From Pseudovirgaria hyperparasitica (lineage: Eukaryota), in the NCBI GenBank assembly GCA_010093815.1, contig ML996574.1: DNA of 64,000 nucleotides. One strand, 5' to 3'. The notes under the pieces were generated by a model, which saw only the letters and a program-made list of their open reading frames with translations, was not told the DNA's origin and made no database searches. Made by a program: the position numbers and the translations under genes. Position 1 is the first letter of the stretch. Each line of letters opens with the position of its first letter. This document shows, one piece after another, positions 12,733-26,172 of this stretch.

Positions 12733-15131
12733 ATGGCTGAGGTACTTGCACCGATAATACAACAATCCGGTTCCATGACCATGCTTCATTCTCCTTCGGA
12801 TGCCTTCCAGAAAACCTCCCAGCCTTCACATTCCTCTCGCTCAAACCAGATGCCGCGAACACATACATACAATAGTCAAAATGGAGGATCAGGATATAGA
12901 GGCACTTCAGCTGCTCCTGTGGCTCCATACGCCTTCTCAGCGACGCCCCAGTTACGGCAGGAGCAACATCGCACTTTGTCTGCCCCGTCTGTCCCACTTG
13001 TGAACCCAGGCACATCTGGTAACATGAACCCAAGACAGTGGCAGCCAAGTCATGTCTCCACCGCGTCAGACTCTACAGCGTCTACGGTGTCGTCTGGCAA
13101 TTCAGTTTCGGCAGCGAAAGGCGATGCTTCCAAGACTGAAAAATCGTCAACAATTCCACCTTTCGCCGCCGCTCCAGACCTCTCACTCGCCTTCGATTCT
13201 GTCTCGAAGCCTTCGCCCGATCGTTATCGTCGCTCTGCTCGCCGTACAGAGCAAGGAAGTTCATCCTCTTTGCCCATAACACCACCTACCATGTCCAGGT
13301 CTGCCATGCCTTCTGGTTCAGGCATGCCCAATGTCGCGCATCTTTACAATCTCAACGTACAGCAACCTATTGCACCTGTCCATCATCGCACTACCAGCGT
13401 CGATGACTTGCACGTACGCACTGGGGCCTCAGATCAGGCAAAGAGATACAGACGACGAAGTTTGGGTGGACTAGACGGAGACGCTTTCACGAATGCTCCT
13501 CGATTCGTTCAGCCTACCACGAAGGCTGTAGAAAAACCTCCGATCAAAGGCCCAGACTCGAATGACGCTAGGCGATCACCGAATGCCGATCGACCGGCTA
13601 GCCATACAAGACAAGGTAGTCATGATAGCGGGTCTTCTCACCGACCGTCCTCGAGGGCCTCGTCACGCCCATCTTCAGTGAGTCTCCTTCAATTCTAACT
13701 TCATCATCTGCGTCATTGAACCAGATGACTAACATTGGGCAGTCGAAACAAGACCAAACGAGGCCAGCGTCTTCTGCAGGCTCACGAAGCGACCAAAGGA
13801 ACATCAACATTCCCCCTCGAGGCTCTTCGGATGCCAACAAGCGCCTCGTCGCACCCTCCCCATTGTCTAAGCCAATGTCCAGCGGCGAAACTGACTCAGT
13901 CACGCCATCCACTCCTACCGAGACTCCACAAAGTCCAGCTGTTCAGCGGCTCACGGCTTTGAACGATGGAAAGGCTGATAACAAGGGGATGAAGTCGAGG
14001 CTTCGAAGAGCCTTTTCATTTGGTTCTGCTGCCGAGTTACGACGAGCCACTGCAGAGAACAATCTGACATCTGAAAGAGCAAAGCTTCGAAAGGAAGGGC
14101 CCCACGACGAACTTGACCCCGAAGATGCTGCCATTGCTGCAAAGCAAGAAGCTGCTGGCATTGGTGCCGGTATCTACTCTGGACAAGGTGGGTTCTCGGG
14201 CTCAACCGATAATCTGTCTATCTCTTCAACGGCTTCTTCGGCCTCTATAATGCTCCGAAAGATGGGCAAGGGCATGAAGAAGGGTGGTCGCTCCATCAAA
14301 GGGCTTTTCAGGCCAAAGTCTGTCATTGGAGTCCCGGCTGCGGATACTGCGCTTGCGCAACCTAGCCAAGCCCAAGTCTCCATGGTCACAGTCGAAGCTG
14401 AAAGGGAAAAGGTCAATGTCAATGCCGACCCGCACGATCAAGTCGGGGGTGGTACTGCTTATCCGAAACTAGAGCGTAATTCCATCGATGCCTCTACAGT
14501 GACGGATGTTGGACGTCCTTCGTCGATGCGGGGTCAGGCTGGTGATGCATCTGGTCGGAAGAGCATTATGGGAGGGGATCGCGAGCGTGCTGAAGTACTG
14601 GCTGGTATCAGGAAGGGCATCCTTAAACGTGAGTACTAATTCGCTCAATTTTGGTCGGGAGCATGACTGAACGTGTAAAGGTCCGATGGACGGTTCTTCT
14701 CCCATCCTTCGGCCCGTCGATGGGCTGCAACAGGTTGAGACACCGGTGTCGAGTGCCCCCAGTACCCCCAAGGATGATCACTCTCGTCCTGTGCAACTTC
14801 CCATTACCGAAGATTACTTCAATGGCATACCACGCTTCGGAAATTCCAGCACGAAAAGTCTGCCAAACACACCCAACTCCCGTAACATCTCGTTCAGTCC
14901 GCGCATACAGTTCCACGACGCTTGGTCCAGCTCTGAATATGATCGCAGGGGTGATGTTGCGACTTGCAATAGGCTCACACCAATGCTAGCGCAACAGATC
15001 AAGGAGGAGCTCAACTCTTTCAAAATGGTACGTCACAGCCTGTTTGAACGCGCTACAGCCCGGAAGCTTACATGTCTTTGTAGGAAATGGAAGTTCACGA
15101 ACTCTCGAAACCACACACGCATTTCTTCTAA
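12733..15131 (+). CDS. BNI4: Bni4-like PP1-targeting bud-neck/septation protein
   Basis: Introns 13678-13742, 14629-14680 and 15028-15083. Conserved C-terminus KGILK..ISFSPRIQFHDAWSSSEYDRRGDVATCNRLTPMLAQQIKEELNSFKMEMEVHELSKPHTHFF*. Probable 5'UTR intron 12455-12619. Confidence 0.85.
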
Positions 15132-16157
15132 TGACCACGCATCATCCCTCAGGGATATTCACGGCGTCTTGGCGATATTTTCAACCTTACTGTTTGGTCG
15201 GGTTTTTGTGCAAGCAGCATTTACGAGTCCACTCGCAACCTCTGCTTTGTTTCTTTCAACGTCTTCTGGCTATGAAGGTTATTGTCATTTGCGCATGTAT
15301 TCAGCCGAAGATGTTCGCAGTGCATTTTGAGCGCACGACACGGGAGTGACGATGACGCGAAGAGAGATTTAAGCACAACCGGTCACGTATCTAACCGATG
15401 CGTCGTCCAGTGTTATCGGTCTCATTGAGGATGGCTGATGGATTCGCTAGCGTAGCTCATTCGTATTCGTCCTCCTTTCGTCAAAGTCGTAGCTCCGCAG
15501 CTACTTCTGTCCACTGTCGCTCATATCTCTCTTTTATTGCTGTCTGCTCCTGCTAGAAATGAGCTGCTGTGTCATCCCTCTCCTTCGGGGCAGCTAGAGC
15601 GAAAAGCATATCTGTAAAGGCAGTACTGGTTCACTATAAGCCTGCATCTGCCATTCGGGAGGTCTTAGTTTTGGACGGTTTGGAGGATCATATTCTCAAA
15701 TGGGAGATAGCAGTAAGGGGATCCGAGGATAAGGAAAACACCTGAAAGAATCGCTCGAGCTTGTGGCAATCCATTTGCCATGAGATCAGAGCTCATCAAT
15801 AATAAATTACTGCCGGTTTTGGGAGCTTCTCCATATTGTCTTTCTTGAACCGTGCTGAGACATCTCTTTGCTACTGTGCTTGCTCACCAGACAGCAACAC
15901 GCCAACAACAATATGTGCTTCGCTCAAAGATCAGCATCATGGTCACTGGTCAGGAGTATCGTGGCTGACCTGCCCTGCCCTGCATGCACTGAAGTGGTGC
16001 GTGCGTGCATGCGTGCATGCTTGATTCGTCACGTAATTAACGTTAGAATCGTCACGTAACTGTAGCAGCTAGTGCCGGTCCCCCTCCCTACCTTAATTAA
16101 TTATTAATAATAATCGGGCTTTGTCTTCCTACTAATTATTTAGTGACTGTTCTAAAC

Positions 16158-16651
16158 TCAAATAATTTTAGCTTGTTTCGCACCACCACCACCACAGACA
16201 GAATAAGTCAGGGGCGCGGGAACAACCTGTGCCGCCGCCGCTGCCGCCGCCGTCGTTGCTGTCGTCGCTTGACTGACTCTTGAGACGTCGTCGCTTTAGT
16301 TAATTGATTAGTGGCGGTGTTTTTTGAGTCCGTGGAGCGTGTGGTTAATTTAGTACTCTGTAGGTATGTAGAGGTAGGTATGTAGAAGAAAGAAGTAGAG
16401 GGGTGAATTTAGAGGTAATTAGAGGGAGCAGCAGCAGGAGTAGTAGCAGCAGCCACTACTTACTTGATAAAGAGCTTTTTAAACTCTGACCTTGACTTGA
16501 TTAACTGGTTTTATTTTACTTTTCGACTTATTACTTACTGCAGGTGCGCCCTTGTTGCTTGCTGCTGATGAACCATGAGGCAGGCGGGTGGGTATTGTAT
16601 TCTTTGTCCGGGGGTTCTAGTGAATTCACGTTGTGGATGGGATTGGGGCAT
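16158..16651 (-). CDS. Putative small three-exon orphan gene (91 aa) or spliced lncRNA
   Basis: Two perfect GTAAGT donors (16538, 16463), AG acceptors at 16491 and 16294, frame open through all exons, TATA-like run ~70 bp upstream. Confidence 0.35.
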
Positions 16652-17682
16652 TATGTGGAATGGAGGTGCGGAGTAGGGAGTAGGAGATGTTGAGACTTGT
16701 ATTTTATATGTATATATGTATATATATATAGACAGACATATACGTAAAGGACGTGAGTAACAGGCAGGAAATACGCCAAACCACAAGCATTGCTACATTC
16801 GTTCTATCCATCAGCATAAACACACCACCGACAGCCTAGGCTTTTGACAAGAGATATCCTGTGCTGATGGCTCCACAGGGCTTTGCTCGCCAGCAGGTCT
16901 ATTGGAGTATTAGGGTGCATGCAGTAGCAAAAGAGGATGATATAGGAGAATGTTGTTATACGCTATACTACTAAAGTCCGAGATTCGCTGCATTTCATGG
17001 AGAGGGACATGTCCAAGACCTGATATGGAACGGCTATTGGGATTTTGTGGGTAGAGGACGCACCACATGGTTGGTACCTTGAATACACTGAAGGTTATGC
17101 AATATATGGGCTCGAAAGATATGCATTCTCGCATAGCGGATTTGTTTAGATTCCAGACTGTGCTTGTTTTCCAGACTGTGCTATTGTTGGGAGTGGAGGT
17201 GAAATTGTGCACTGTGAGGATAGAGTGGATATGGGACTTTTTGGAAACATGGCTTGGTGATATATATGTGGCTATCAGTTCTCTGTCCTGAATTTTGACG
17301 AAGCAGCATCATGTTGAAGACTGCGTAGAGTTTGTGTGCGCGTCATACATCCAACGAAGAATGACAGATCATGTATAAATAAAGGGGACGTTGCTGAAGG
17401 CACGAATCCACCACAGGTAACAGGCAAACAGTTGGTGTATCAATCGGATGGCTCTCAAATACGTCAATAACACTCAGAATTGATTCCACATTTAGCACTG
17501 TCTGAATTGTGATCAGGCAAAATTATTAACTTGGAAAGCTGTGCGTAATCATTTGTATAGCTGACTGCCATATCACTGCCAGACTGACTGAGGAATACCA
17601 AGGGAGAACGGCACACAATCCTATCCACTCCCCTTTCATGTTCATGTTCACATCCATGCTCTCATAAGACCCATCATCTGCT

Positions 17683-19728
17683 TCACAGACTTGCCTTTCC
17701 CTGACTCTCAAACGGCAGTATAAGCACTAGCAAGCCCGCTGCGATAAACAAAGCCCCGCTTGTGTACACCGGTGCACTTGTCTCCAAGTCGCTATAAATC
17801 GCGATAATAGGCGCCATGATACCAAATATGCGATTCGCCGTGGCCGTCAAAGCATTCCCTGTCCCACGATCTTTTGTTGGGAAGATCTCGGGCGTGTACG
17901 CATACAATACTGCATACATGACGTTGCTGCAGAAATTGAACGCGCAATTCCAGCCAAGCAGCTGATTCGATGTAACAGCTGTTGTTGAAGCGTAGAGGAA
18001 CACACCTGTCGCGACAGTGGACAAAGCGAGAGTACCTTTGCGTCCGAAACGTGGAAGGTCGACGAGGAAGCCTCCTAGTATGGCCCCTGGGACGCCAAGC
18101 ACTGCGATAATCAGAGAGTTACGGTAGGTGATATACGTCGAACCGTCACCAAAGTCAAGGCCACGTTGCCGCTGAATGAAGGGAAGGAATGCCTTGAAAG
18201 GTCAGTCATGAAACCACGTAGTCGACAATGTCGCCTACATTGTAGAGGGGAAAAGCTAGCCCGATGAACCCCCAGATAAGTATAATGAGAGTAGTGGAGA
18301 ATCCCATCTTCTTTGTTCTATATAGAGCACGAACATGATCAGCGTTGAGCTTCTCGAGACGTCTTTTGATGGCAGCGGTCGCAGCAGTTTCTTGTATCGT
18401 GCCTTCGGGTTCGACAGCCTGTAGATCTTCAATCGTCACTATACAATGTTAGTCATCGATAACCACGGGGCGCCGGTAGGCTTCATGGAAATTGCGCACG
18501 GTTCGATGTCCTCCCGTTGCGTCTTGCAACCTCATGAACAATCTTGACAGCCTCTTCGTTACGCCCTTTGCCCATCAAGTACTTTGGAGATTCGTAGATA
18601 GTGAAGCAACCAAACCGTACGAGGAACATGATCATGGCCAGACCACCCATGCAGATCACGAAGTATCTCCACCCCATGTTCTGCGACCTCGTACAGCCTG
18701 CAGCCTCTTCACAGCTCATATTCCCCAGAAGGGGCCATGCAATCAGGTTTGCGACGACCTGTGCAAAAGCCCAGTTAATGGAGAGAACCGTGAGGAGATA
18801 CTGATGACTTCCTGGCAAGAATTCGAGGAAGATGGCCGAGTCAACAGGGAGGTTTCCCCCAACACCGAAGCTCCACAGGGCCGCAAAACAACCGATTGCA
18901 GCAAAGTTGGGCGAGCTTGCAGCGATCAGACCGAAGACGCTGGTGATGCCCAGAGTGAGATTGAAACCCCAACGGCGCCCAAATATGTCGCATCCAAAAC
19001 CCCAGAACATGGCGCCGGCGAGAAGCCCAATGTTCTGAGAAAGAGATAGCAATGGGGGCTTGCTGGGGTTGAATTCGCTGGCGATTGATGGTACTAAGTG
19101 AATTAGTATTTTGCTCAAGTTGCCGGTCGAACAGGTCCATTTCGATGGAACCATCGCAGCATAGGCTTACGAATGAGTGAGGTAACTGCCTGTTGTGAGC
19201 CTCTGTCATTCAAGCTGGGATCTAAAAGTCCACTACATACCAACAGGCCAAGCGTTGTCGCTCGCCCAACCGAAGCCGACTACAATGAAGAGTTGCCATT
19301 GATACCATCTCATCAGCGAGTCAGTATTGTTGTTGGCATAGTGTGTGAATGACTCGATACGAGTCGAACATACCCCATCCCAATGTCCTGGATCTGCACA
19401 TGGGTTAACAGATCCCGAGAATCGGAGCGACAAAGATTCTACTATCACTTACTGCCGCGTTGAGTATTTTCGCTTTTGCTTCATACACTGGATCTAGTTG
19501 TCCCGGAAGAGCCGCCGCCGGACCTTCACCCTCTCGGACAGAGCTAGGCGACCTTGTCACCTCATAAGTCTTGTTATCTGCTTCGGCGCCGGTTGGCGAT
19601 GCAGTGGAATCAACCATTTCACCACCCTTTGCTAGCAATAGTGCATGAAAGCGGCTCAGGAAATTCGACACGCGATTCGGTGCAGAAGCGTCGTTTATCA
19701 GGCCGGAAACCTGCTGCGATGGCGCCAT
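17683..19728 (-). CDS. MFS transporter (sugar/organic-solute, SV2/YceI-like)
   Basis: GCDIFGRR and FGRK loop motifs, GGNLPVD, ESPKYL, PEIFPTKDRGTG. Five introns including 20-nt and 15-nt micro-exons. Alternative start near 19617. Confidence 0.9.
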
Positions 19729-20327
19729 CGAGGAGATGGATGCGCTATGTCTGAAGCGGCAATATGGAAGACGATCGTCGTGGCGCTATTATAGTGAGCT
19801 GGAGTACATAATACGTAGCTGCTTATGTTTACAGGTTGTGCACCTACACGGTAAATCTCGCTTCTTTTCCTTTATCGCTATTGCACTTGCCCAGGTGATG
19901 AGTCCTAGGATCCGTAGATACTCGGTCCCAGGTTCTCAGATACGTATGAAGCGTGAAGCAAAAAATATGGAATTGTTCAATGGCTCGCTTATAATCAATC
20001 TAGTATAATTCGATCATAGTACGTTCTATTTATAACCCTTCGGACAGGTCAACACGAAGTTTCATCTATTTATTCGGGGCTCAAGTCTTCCTCAGTTAGT
20101 GTGAGAGAGCACTGAATTTGCGCAATGTCAAAGAGAATCATATATTGATGCTTCCGCAGTCACCAACGTTTACCGTGCCTTGAACTACCAAAACCCTGAG
20201 CGCTAAGTACACAGTAATTAAACAAATTTTCCGCATATGATCAGAGATGACAGATACGAAAAGAAAGAGACCGGGTATCCTAGTTATCTGGGGTATGCTG
20301 GGGTGTTGTTGGTGTATCGTGCTTCAA

Positions 20328-20511
20328 CAGTGCCCGTTGTAATGAATCAGTGTCCGTTGCAATAAGTCAGTGTTCGCTGTAAATCAGTGTTCGCTGCAAA
20401 TCAGTGTTCGCTGTAAATCAGTGTTCGTTATAAAAAGTCAGTGTTCGCTGCAACAAATCAGCGTCCGTTAGAGCAAATCAGTGTTCGTTGCAATATACCA
20501 GTGTATCGTTG
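20328..20511. repeat. Minisatellite, ~10 copies of 17-20 bp unit CAGTGTTCGYTGYAA(n)AT
   Basis: Units read directly, e.g. CAGTGTTCGCTGTAAAT / CAGTGTTCGCTGCAAAT / CAGTGTTCGCTGTAAAT. Degenerate GTGTATCG copies flank it at ~20312 and ~20537-20560. Confidence 0.9.
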
Positions 20512-20631
20512 AGATGAACCAAGGCTCACGCAAAACGTGTATCGCAGAAGATGTATCGCGAAGGTGTAGTACAAATGTGCTTCGTGAAGAGTCACACCGA
20601 ATCGTACTCCGCCTTTGGAATGAAGACCAAT

Positions 20632-23600
20632 TCAAGTTATCGCTTCGAGAGCCTCATCATCACAAACATCTTGAACGGCATCGGCCCGCTCGTCTATGCT
20701 TTCGTCCACCACACGGTTTGAGGCTACCTTCCGAGGCTTCAGAGACATCCACATCTTTTGTTCGAGGAATCGCGTCCGTCCAGAAGAGACTGCTTTGATA
20801 TAGCACAGCTCTAAGCCAGCCATGCGGAAGGCAAGCGACTGCGACTTGTTGATCTTACCTAGACATCGGATAAACAGTGCCGAAGCTTTCAGTAACGACC
20901 ATTCTGAAGGAGCTCCTGAAGCAACAGGTCTAAGCAGTCGTGAGACAACACGGTCCTCTTTGTTTATCGGGTAGACGTTTCGATATCCATCAAAACATTC
21001 TTTGATGCATGCACCGATCTCATCCTTTGTATCCATATCCTTCGTCATGATGCTATTCCAATACTCGAGAATCTTTCCCAACCTGCCATCGATATGCTTG
21101 ATTTCGATCTGCATCACTTTGTCATTACTCTCACTACGAGAAGCACGATATCTCTCATCGTCGTAAGGCTTCGACAGGGCAACATCCTCTGCCTTGGCCT
21201 TCTGCAGAATATTGGAAACCTGTAAGATGGTTTCTTCAATGTGTGGGATCATTAGCTCAAAGAAGAGGTCGTCGTTGACATTCTTGACATGCTGATTCTT
21301 ATGCGACATAATTTCCGGAATCAATTTGCTATTCCATTTCGACTGTGCAATATGCTTCATTGCTCTTTTGTATGCTGGATCGCTGCTTGACTCGTTCAAT
21401 TTGATATCACCAAACGATTTTTTGAGCCGATTGAACCTCCCGTTATCATAAGAATAGCCATTCTTCATGCAGTCAACTAAGAGGTCATGAATATCGCATA
21501 AGACTTCAGTCTTCGGAGATCTGATGGTCCCCTCGGCATAGCATAATTTCTCATGGGTCAGTGTAACCACCCCTAAGAGGTTTTGCTTCAGTCGAAAGTC
21601 GAACGCCTCCCGAATAAAGTGAGAGACCGAATGTTCCTTGCGCATTACTTCCTTTAGACTCCGCTGGTCGACTGAGATCTCATAGTCTGCTGGAGTCGGA
21701 TTTTCGACGGGTGCCGGGGCATTCATGAAGAAGTTTGTAAAATCCTCTTCCCAGCATATCCAGAAAGTGTCACCGTCGTAGTCACCACCTTGTAGTTTGT
21801 TCGCAAGTGCGTGCCTGCCTTTGCAAGGAAATACGACAACATCGTAAAGGTGTCGGAGCTTTTCTTTGGAGACAATTCTGACCTTTTGGAGATCTGATCT
21901 TCTGAGTGCCGGGTTCCTGGCCACGAGTGCTTCTGTCTTTTCAAAAGACGTCCGAGACTGCCCAGTACTGATATCGTGGAAAGGCTTGCGAAATTGAATG
22001 AATATCTCGCCAGGTTCCAAGACCATGTAAGGATCGACAATGCCGATAGCAATCGTACTCTTCGCTACTGGCAAACGGAAATACTTAGCGGTGTCCAATA
22101 GGTTGGGGAAAATGATGCTTTGGGCTAAGTTGGCAAGGTGTTTGAACTCGGTGGGCTTGAAACCAGCTCCAATCATAGCTTTCACACACTCCGTATGGGA
22201 GGAATAGAATCCTGCCTGGATACTGGTTTCGCCATTGTGGTCCATATATGTCCCGCACGTATCCTCAATCCATTTTTGAAGTAGCAGTCCGGAATCATCT
22301 GGCGACTTCAGAATATCCAGAATTGTCTGACGCTGTAGGTCCATCGAATGCTTCAGAGTTCTCGTGATATACTCAACACTGACCCCTCGATCTGTGAGAA
22401 TTGGCAAGAACCCTTGATATAGCGCTGCAGGTTGGAGAGGCCGGCTATAAGTCACCATTTCAAACGTGAGTCGATCTTTGTCGAATGTCTTGTCAGAGGA
22501 GTCACGGAGATGAGCCTTGAACTTCAGTTGACTCGGGCGAATCTCGATCCACACATCTGTATCCTCAACGCGATCTGTGGAGCCATCGACAAACCAGACA
22601 CCCTTCGCTCCGCCAATTCGTGCTTGGAAGGCGCTTGGGACTGGTCCCGACTCATTGGCTAATTTCCATATCTGCCTAGCAGCTTCAGAGGATATTCTGG
22701 CACATCCATCTGTCATGTCCATGCCTGGTTTGGGCCTGGGGGACCAGTCCAGCTTCTGGTCGTTGAAAGCTGTACATTCGGGTGTGCCGTCGGCTTTGAT
22801 ATCAGGTATGAATTTCACCTGGCTCGGCTTGAAAACCAGTAACGGTATGGTGCGCGAGAAGCCCAGATCCAGTCGTGCAAAAGCCTTCAAATAGTTCTTG
22901 TCATTGTTGAGCGACAAAGGCATAAACCAATTGATCAGATCAAAGAGATTCATCTCAGCGTGCATTGGCGGTCTCTTTCCTGCAATAGAACCCAAGAGTT
23001 GCTGAGGCATTCGTGGTAATATCCCGCAGCCGGACATAGCGAATAAGATTATACGGTATTTTGACGCTTCATTCTTGAGCCGTGCCGTTTTGCTTGTTTT
23101 CGTCTCTTGTAGGTGAACTGCCCGCCACACGCGACCAGCGAAACTATGATTCGTGCGGAGCCATTCTTTAAATCGTGTTACGAATTTGTCTTCGTACATC
23201 CCCAATCCCTTTGGCATGCCTCTTGAAGTAGGAAAGGTGATGTATAGAAATCTATCTGATCCAAAGACTCTTTGGAAACGGCATGAGATCTCCTTAACCG
23301 GTGGTTCGAGTTCAAGTCTACAAAGAGATCGTTCATTGCGGCTGTTAAAAATGACGTTACCCTTCAGGGTATATTGTCCAGGTTCTTCAGAAGAGCATGG
23401 CCACAATGTCTTGGGTCCCCGTGATACTCTTTTAGGTAGTCCTTCTATGCGTGTCCAGAAGCTATCCCAGGCAATCGGTACTTCAGTGGAGAATTTTGCA
23501 ATGACCTCATCAGGCGGTAGCTTGTTCACTAGAGCAGCCCGAGTACACTCGAAGTGAGTAAGGAAGTCCAAGAAGCCAAATTTATCCGATATAGTGTCAA

Positions 23601-24741
23601 CGAAAAGATTTTGCTTATATAGATTTCGAATATAATGTGGCTCTAAAGCAGACTCTAGAGGTCGGTCGCCATCGATTGGGCTTGTGTCGTCTGCTGCGCT
23701 GGGAGATAACAGAAGATTGAGTTCCAGGTCACCCATCGAGCTTGCCAGGGGGGGCTTGGGCTGTAGATGAGCTTGCTCCCGTAGATCGATATCAGCGAAA
23801 ATCGCCTCATTGTCGAAACGAGATTGGTCCGTAGCTAAGCTCCTTGGTGGAATAGTGATTTCTGTATCATTGGTCCCGTTGGATGTGAAAGACGTGATGA
23901 AAGATGTGATAGCTGGTGTGGCAGAAGCAAAGGAGGTCACATTCGATGTTGGAATCTCACTTCTCTGGGGAGAGCTGCTGCGTCTACCATTGGTGGTACG
24001 GGTGAATTTCTCGGAATATGAATGCTCCACAGGGTCCTCTGAACATCTTTTTCGCGACGGGGACAGGTCTGGGTACTCTACTGGAGAATATGGTCTCGGG
24101 AACCTAGGCGAGCCATGGCATGCTGGAGTAGGCGACTCGGGAGCCGTTTCGAAATCGGACTCTTCAGAACTTGGAGGTGTCGTAGGTATAATGTCAATGG
24201 CCGTCAAGTGCTCGCTCTTGCGTTCAAGCCTTTCAATCAGGACTGTAGTATTTGATTGCAAGCCAGACCGAATACCTAACTTATTTAGACAAACCTAACA
24301 GTTTTAATTATTGGAAGCTAGCGTACCTTCAAAGTTAGGTTGTCGAAGGTCAAAAGCATGTTCATGCTGCTTGGTAAGGCTATGAATTGCTCGATCTTCT
24401 GAGCGGCTAGGCTTGCCTGGAGTGCGTATCTCATCGTAGGCTAGTTGCAGTTTGCTTGCGAGGAGCTTCGTCCTCTCTGATTGCTGTAGATCCGGACGCG
24501 CTTGAAGTTGGAGGATGTCCTCCAGCGTCTTTCGTCTTTTGTAGTAAATAAACTTGATCAAGTTCACACATTTCTCCTCGGAGGATGATTTGCCGCCGAG
24601 CGAGTTGTTGCTTTGTGGCGACCAGGTCTCACTACGAGTCGGTAGCTCTAACTTAAAGGCTGTTTTGAACTTTTCTACGAAGTGGTTTACTTCTTCGTGG
24701 TCCCTCTTGCGTGGGGTGTTGAGCTTCAGATTAGCAGTCAT
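20632..24741 (-). CDS. qde-1: RNA-dependent RNA polymerase, QDE-1 (quelling) type, ~1352 aa
   Basis: FGSDRFL, TDGCARIS, PSAFQARIGGAKG, VARNPAL, catalytic GGDYDGD, C-terminal MAGLELCYIKA. Intron 24326-24276 joins the 24304-24822 ORF in frame. Confidence 0.9.
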
Positions 24742-25214
24742 CTCAGCCTGACGCACGAAATATTTGTCTCTTAACCAAGAAAAAGTTCTGTATGATTGAA
24801 AGCAGTTCAATCGTCGACCCACACCGGCAGTAATATTTAAGCTATAGAGCGTTAACGATATTGTTGATGTGAATGTGAGTTAATGGTCAGAAAACCTCAG
24901 GCTGAAAATGGTGGAGTAAGTAGGCAAGGGACCAGCCGCGAGCTAACTAAATGAGGATTAAAGCGTGTCTAGCCGCCCGCCGCGTTCCAAACTTTAGCGC
25001 CCACTGTTATGTCGCGCGATCCCGTGACTTTGAATATTGCATAATTTGCACAAGAGTTATTCGGTTGAGGATGTTGTCAACAAGGATATGTGATTATCTG
25101 AGGCCCCCGAAGAGGGACACAGCCTAGATGTGGTAGTATATAAGCAGCTGTAGTCACGACTACATCCCGTGTATTTTATGCAACCATTTCCGAACCCCGG
25201 CTTCACGACGCAGC

Positions 25215-26030
25215 TTAGACCTTCATTTCAGTAAGGCCATGCTTCCAGACGACTACGTAGGGAGTGACGCCATCTTCACGGTAGTTGAGAAGAACAATAC
25301 TATAAGAGATTCGTTAGGAGGCGGTTAGCATCAAGATACTCCTGGTACTCACAGTCCCTCCGGGTTCATGGATTCGCCCATGAAAAATTGCCAGTCCTTA
25401 AAGTTCTTTTTGACCTGTCCGGCGAATTTGGCAGCGCCCTGCTCGAAGGCCTTGATCTCTGATTCGGGCGTGCCTTTTTCTGTCAAGGCCTCCTTGACTT
25501 TCTTCATAAACTCTGCAGAGTGTCAGGTAAGACTACGCGATGTGGTATTTGGAGGCGATCGTATATCATACTCTTGAGGTCGCTCAAGTATTCCGAGGCC
25601 TTGCCGTACGGTACTTCAGTGAGTCGGAACGAGTGGATCACATCGATAACAGTTTGGGCGTTATCCTCGACACCCTCATCGTCGCCACCTTCGGCAGAAG
25701 CATTGGCGCCAATATCTGCAGAGGAAGGATTTTAGCCGGAGTTCAAAACATGGGTGTCAGTATGTGGACATAACCCACCTACGTCGACAGCCCCAAGTGT
25801 GATTTGTTTGCAGTCAGCCTCGTAGATGACGCCGTCGATCTCCTTTAAATCGTAAGAGTCGGAGATAATCTCGTCACCAGTGATGATGTCCTACGGAAGC
25901 GCATGTCAGAAGGCTTGGTATTGAATGTTAAGTGAGTAGATCAAGGTAGCAGATACACCAGCAGGTTGAATTGCACGCCTGAGTACGTGAAATCCCCTTA
26001 TTGACGAAGACATACCTTGTAGATGAGCAT
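25215..26030 (-). CDS. TMA19: Translationally controlled tumour protein (TCTP)
   Basis: Spliced [20 protein letters not shown]..|[39 protein letters not shown]; four introns. Confidence 0.95.
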
Positions 26031-26172
26031 GATGGGCGACTTGTGAAGTTTTCAATGTGTGGAGGGCAATTCGAGGTGGACAGGACCGGGCGCAGAGAAA
26101 GGACTGTACACTATTACTTTATACGATTGCGGCGCCAGGTGAGGGGAAAAATATTTTGGTGGGGTCGAATCG

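Noticed and set aside
20328..20511. CRISPR-like interpretation of the repeat array
   Set aside because: Linkers are only ~5-8 nt and similar to each other, there are no unique spacers or cas genes, and the context is eukaryotic.
20632..24741. RdRP as an endogenised viral polymerase
   Set aside because: It has the cellular DxDGD motif and a spliceosomal intron; no viral GDD palm motifs.
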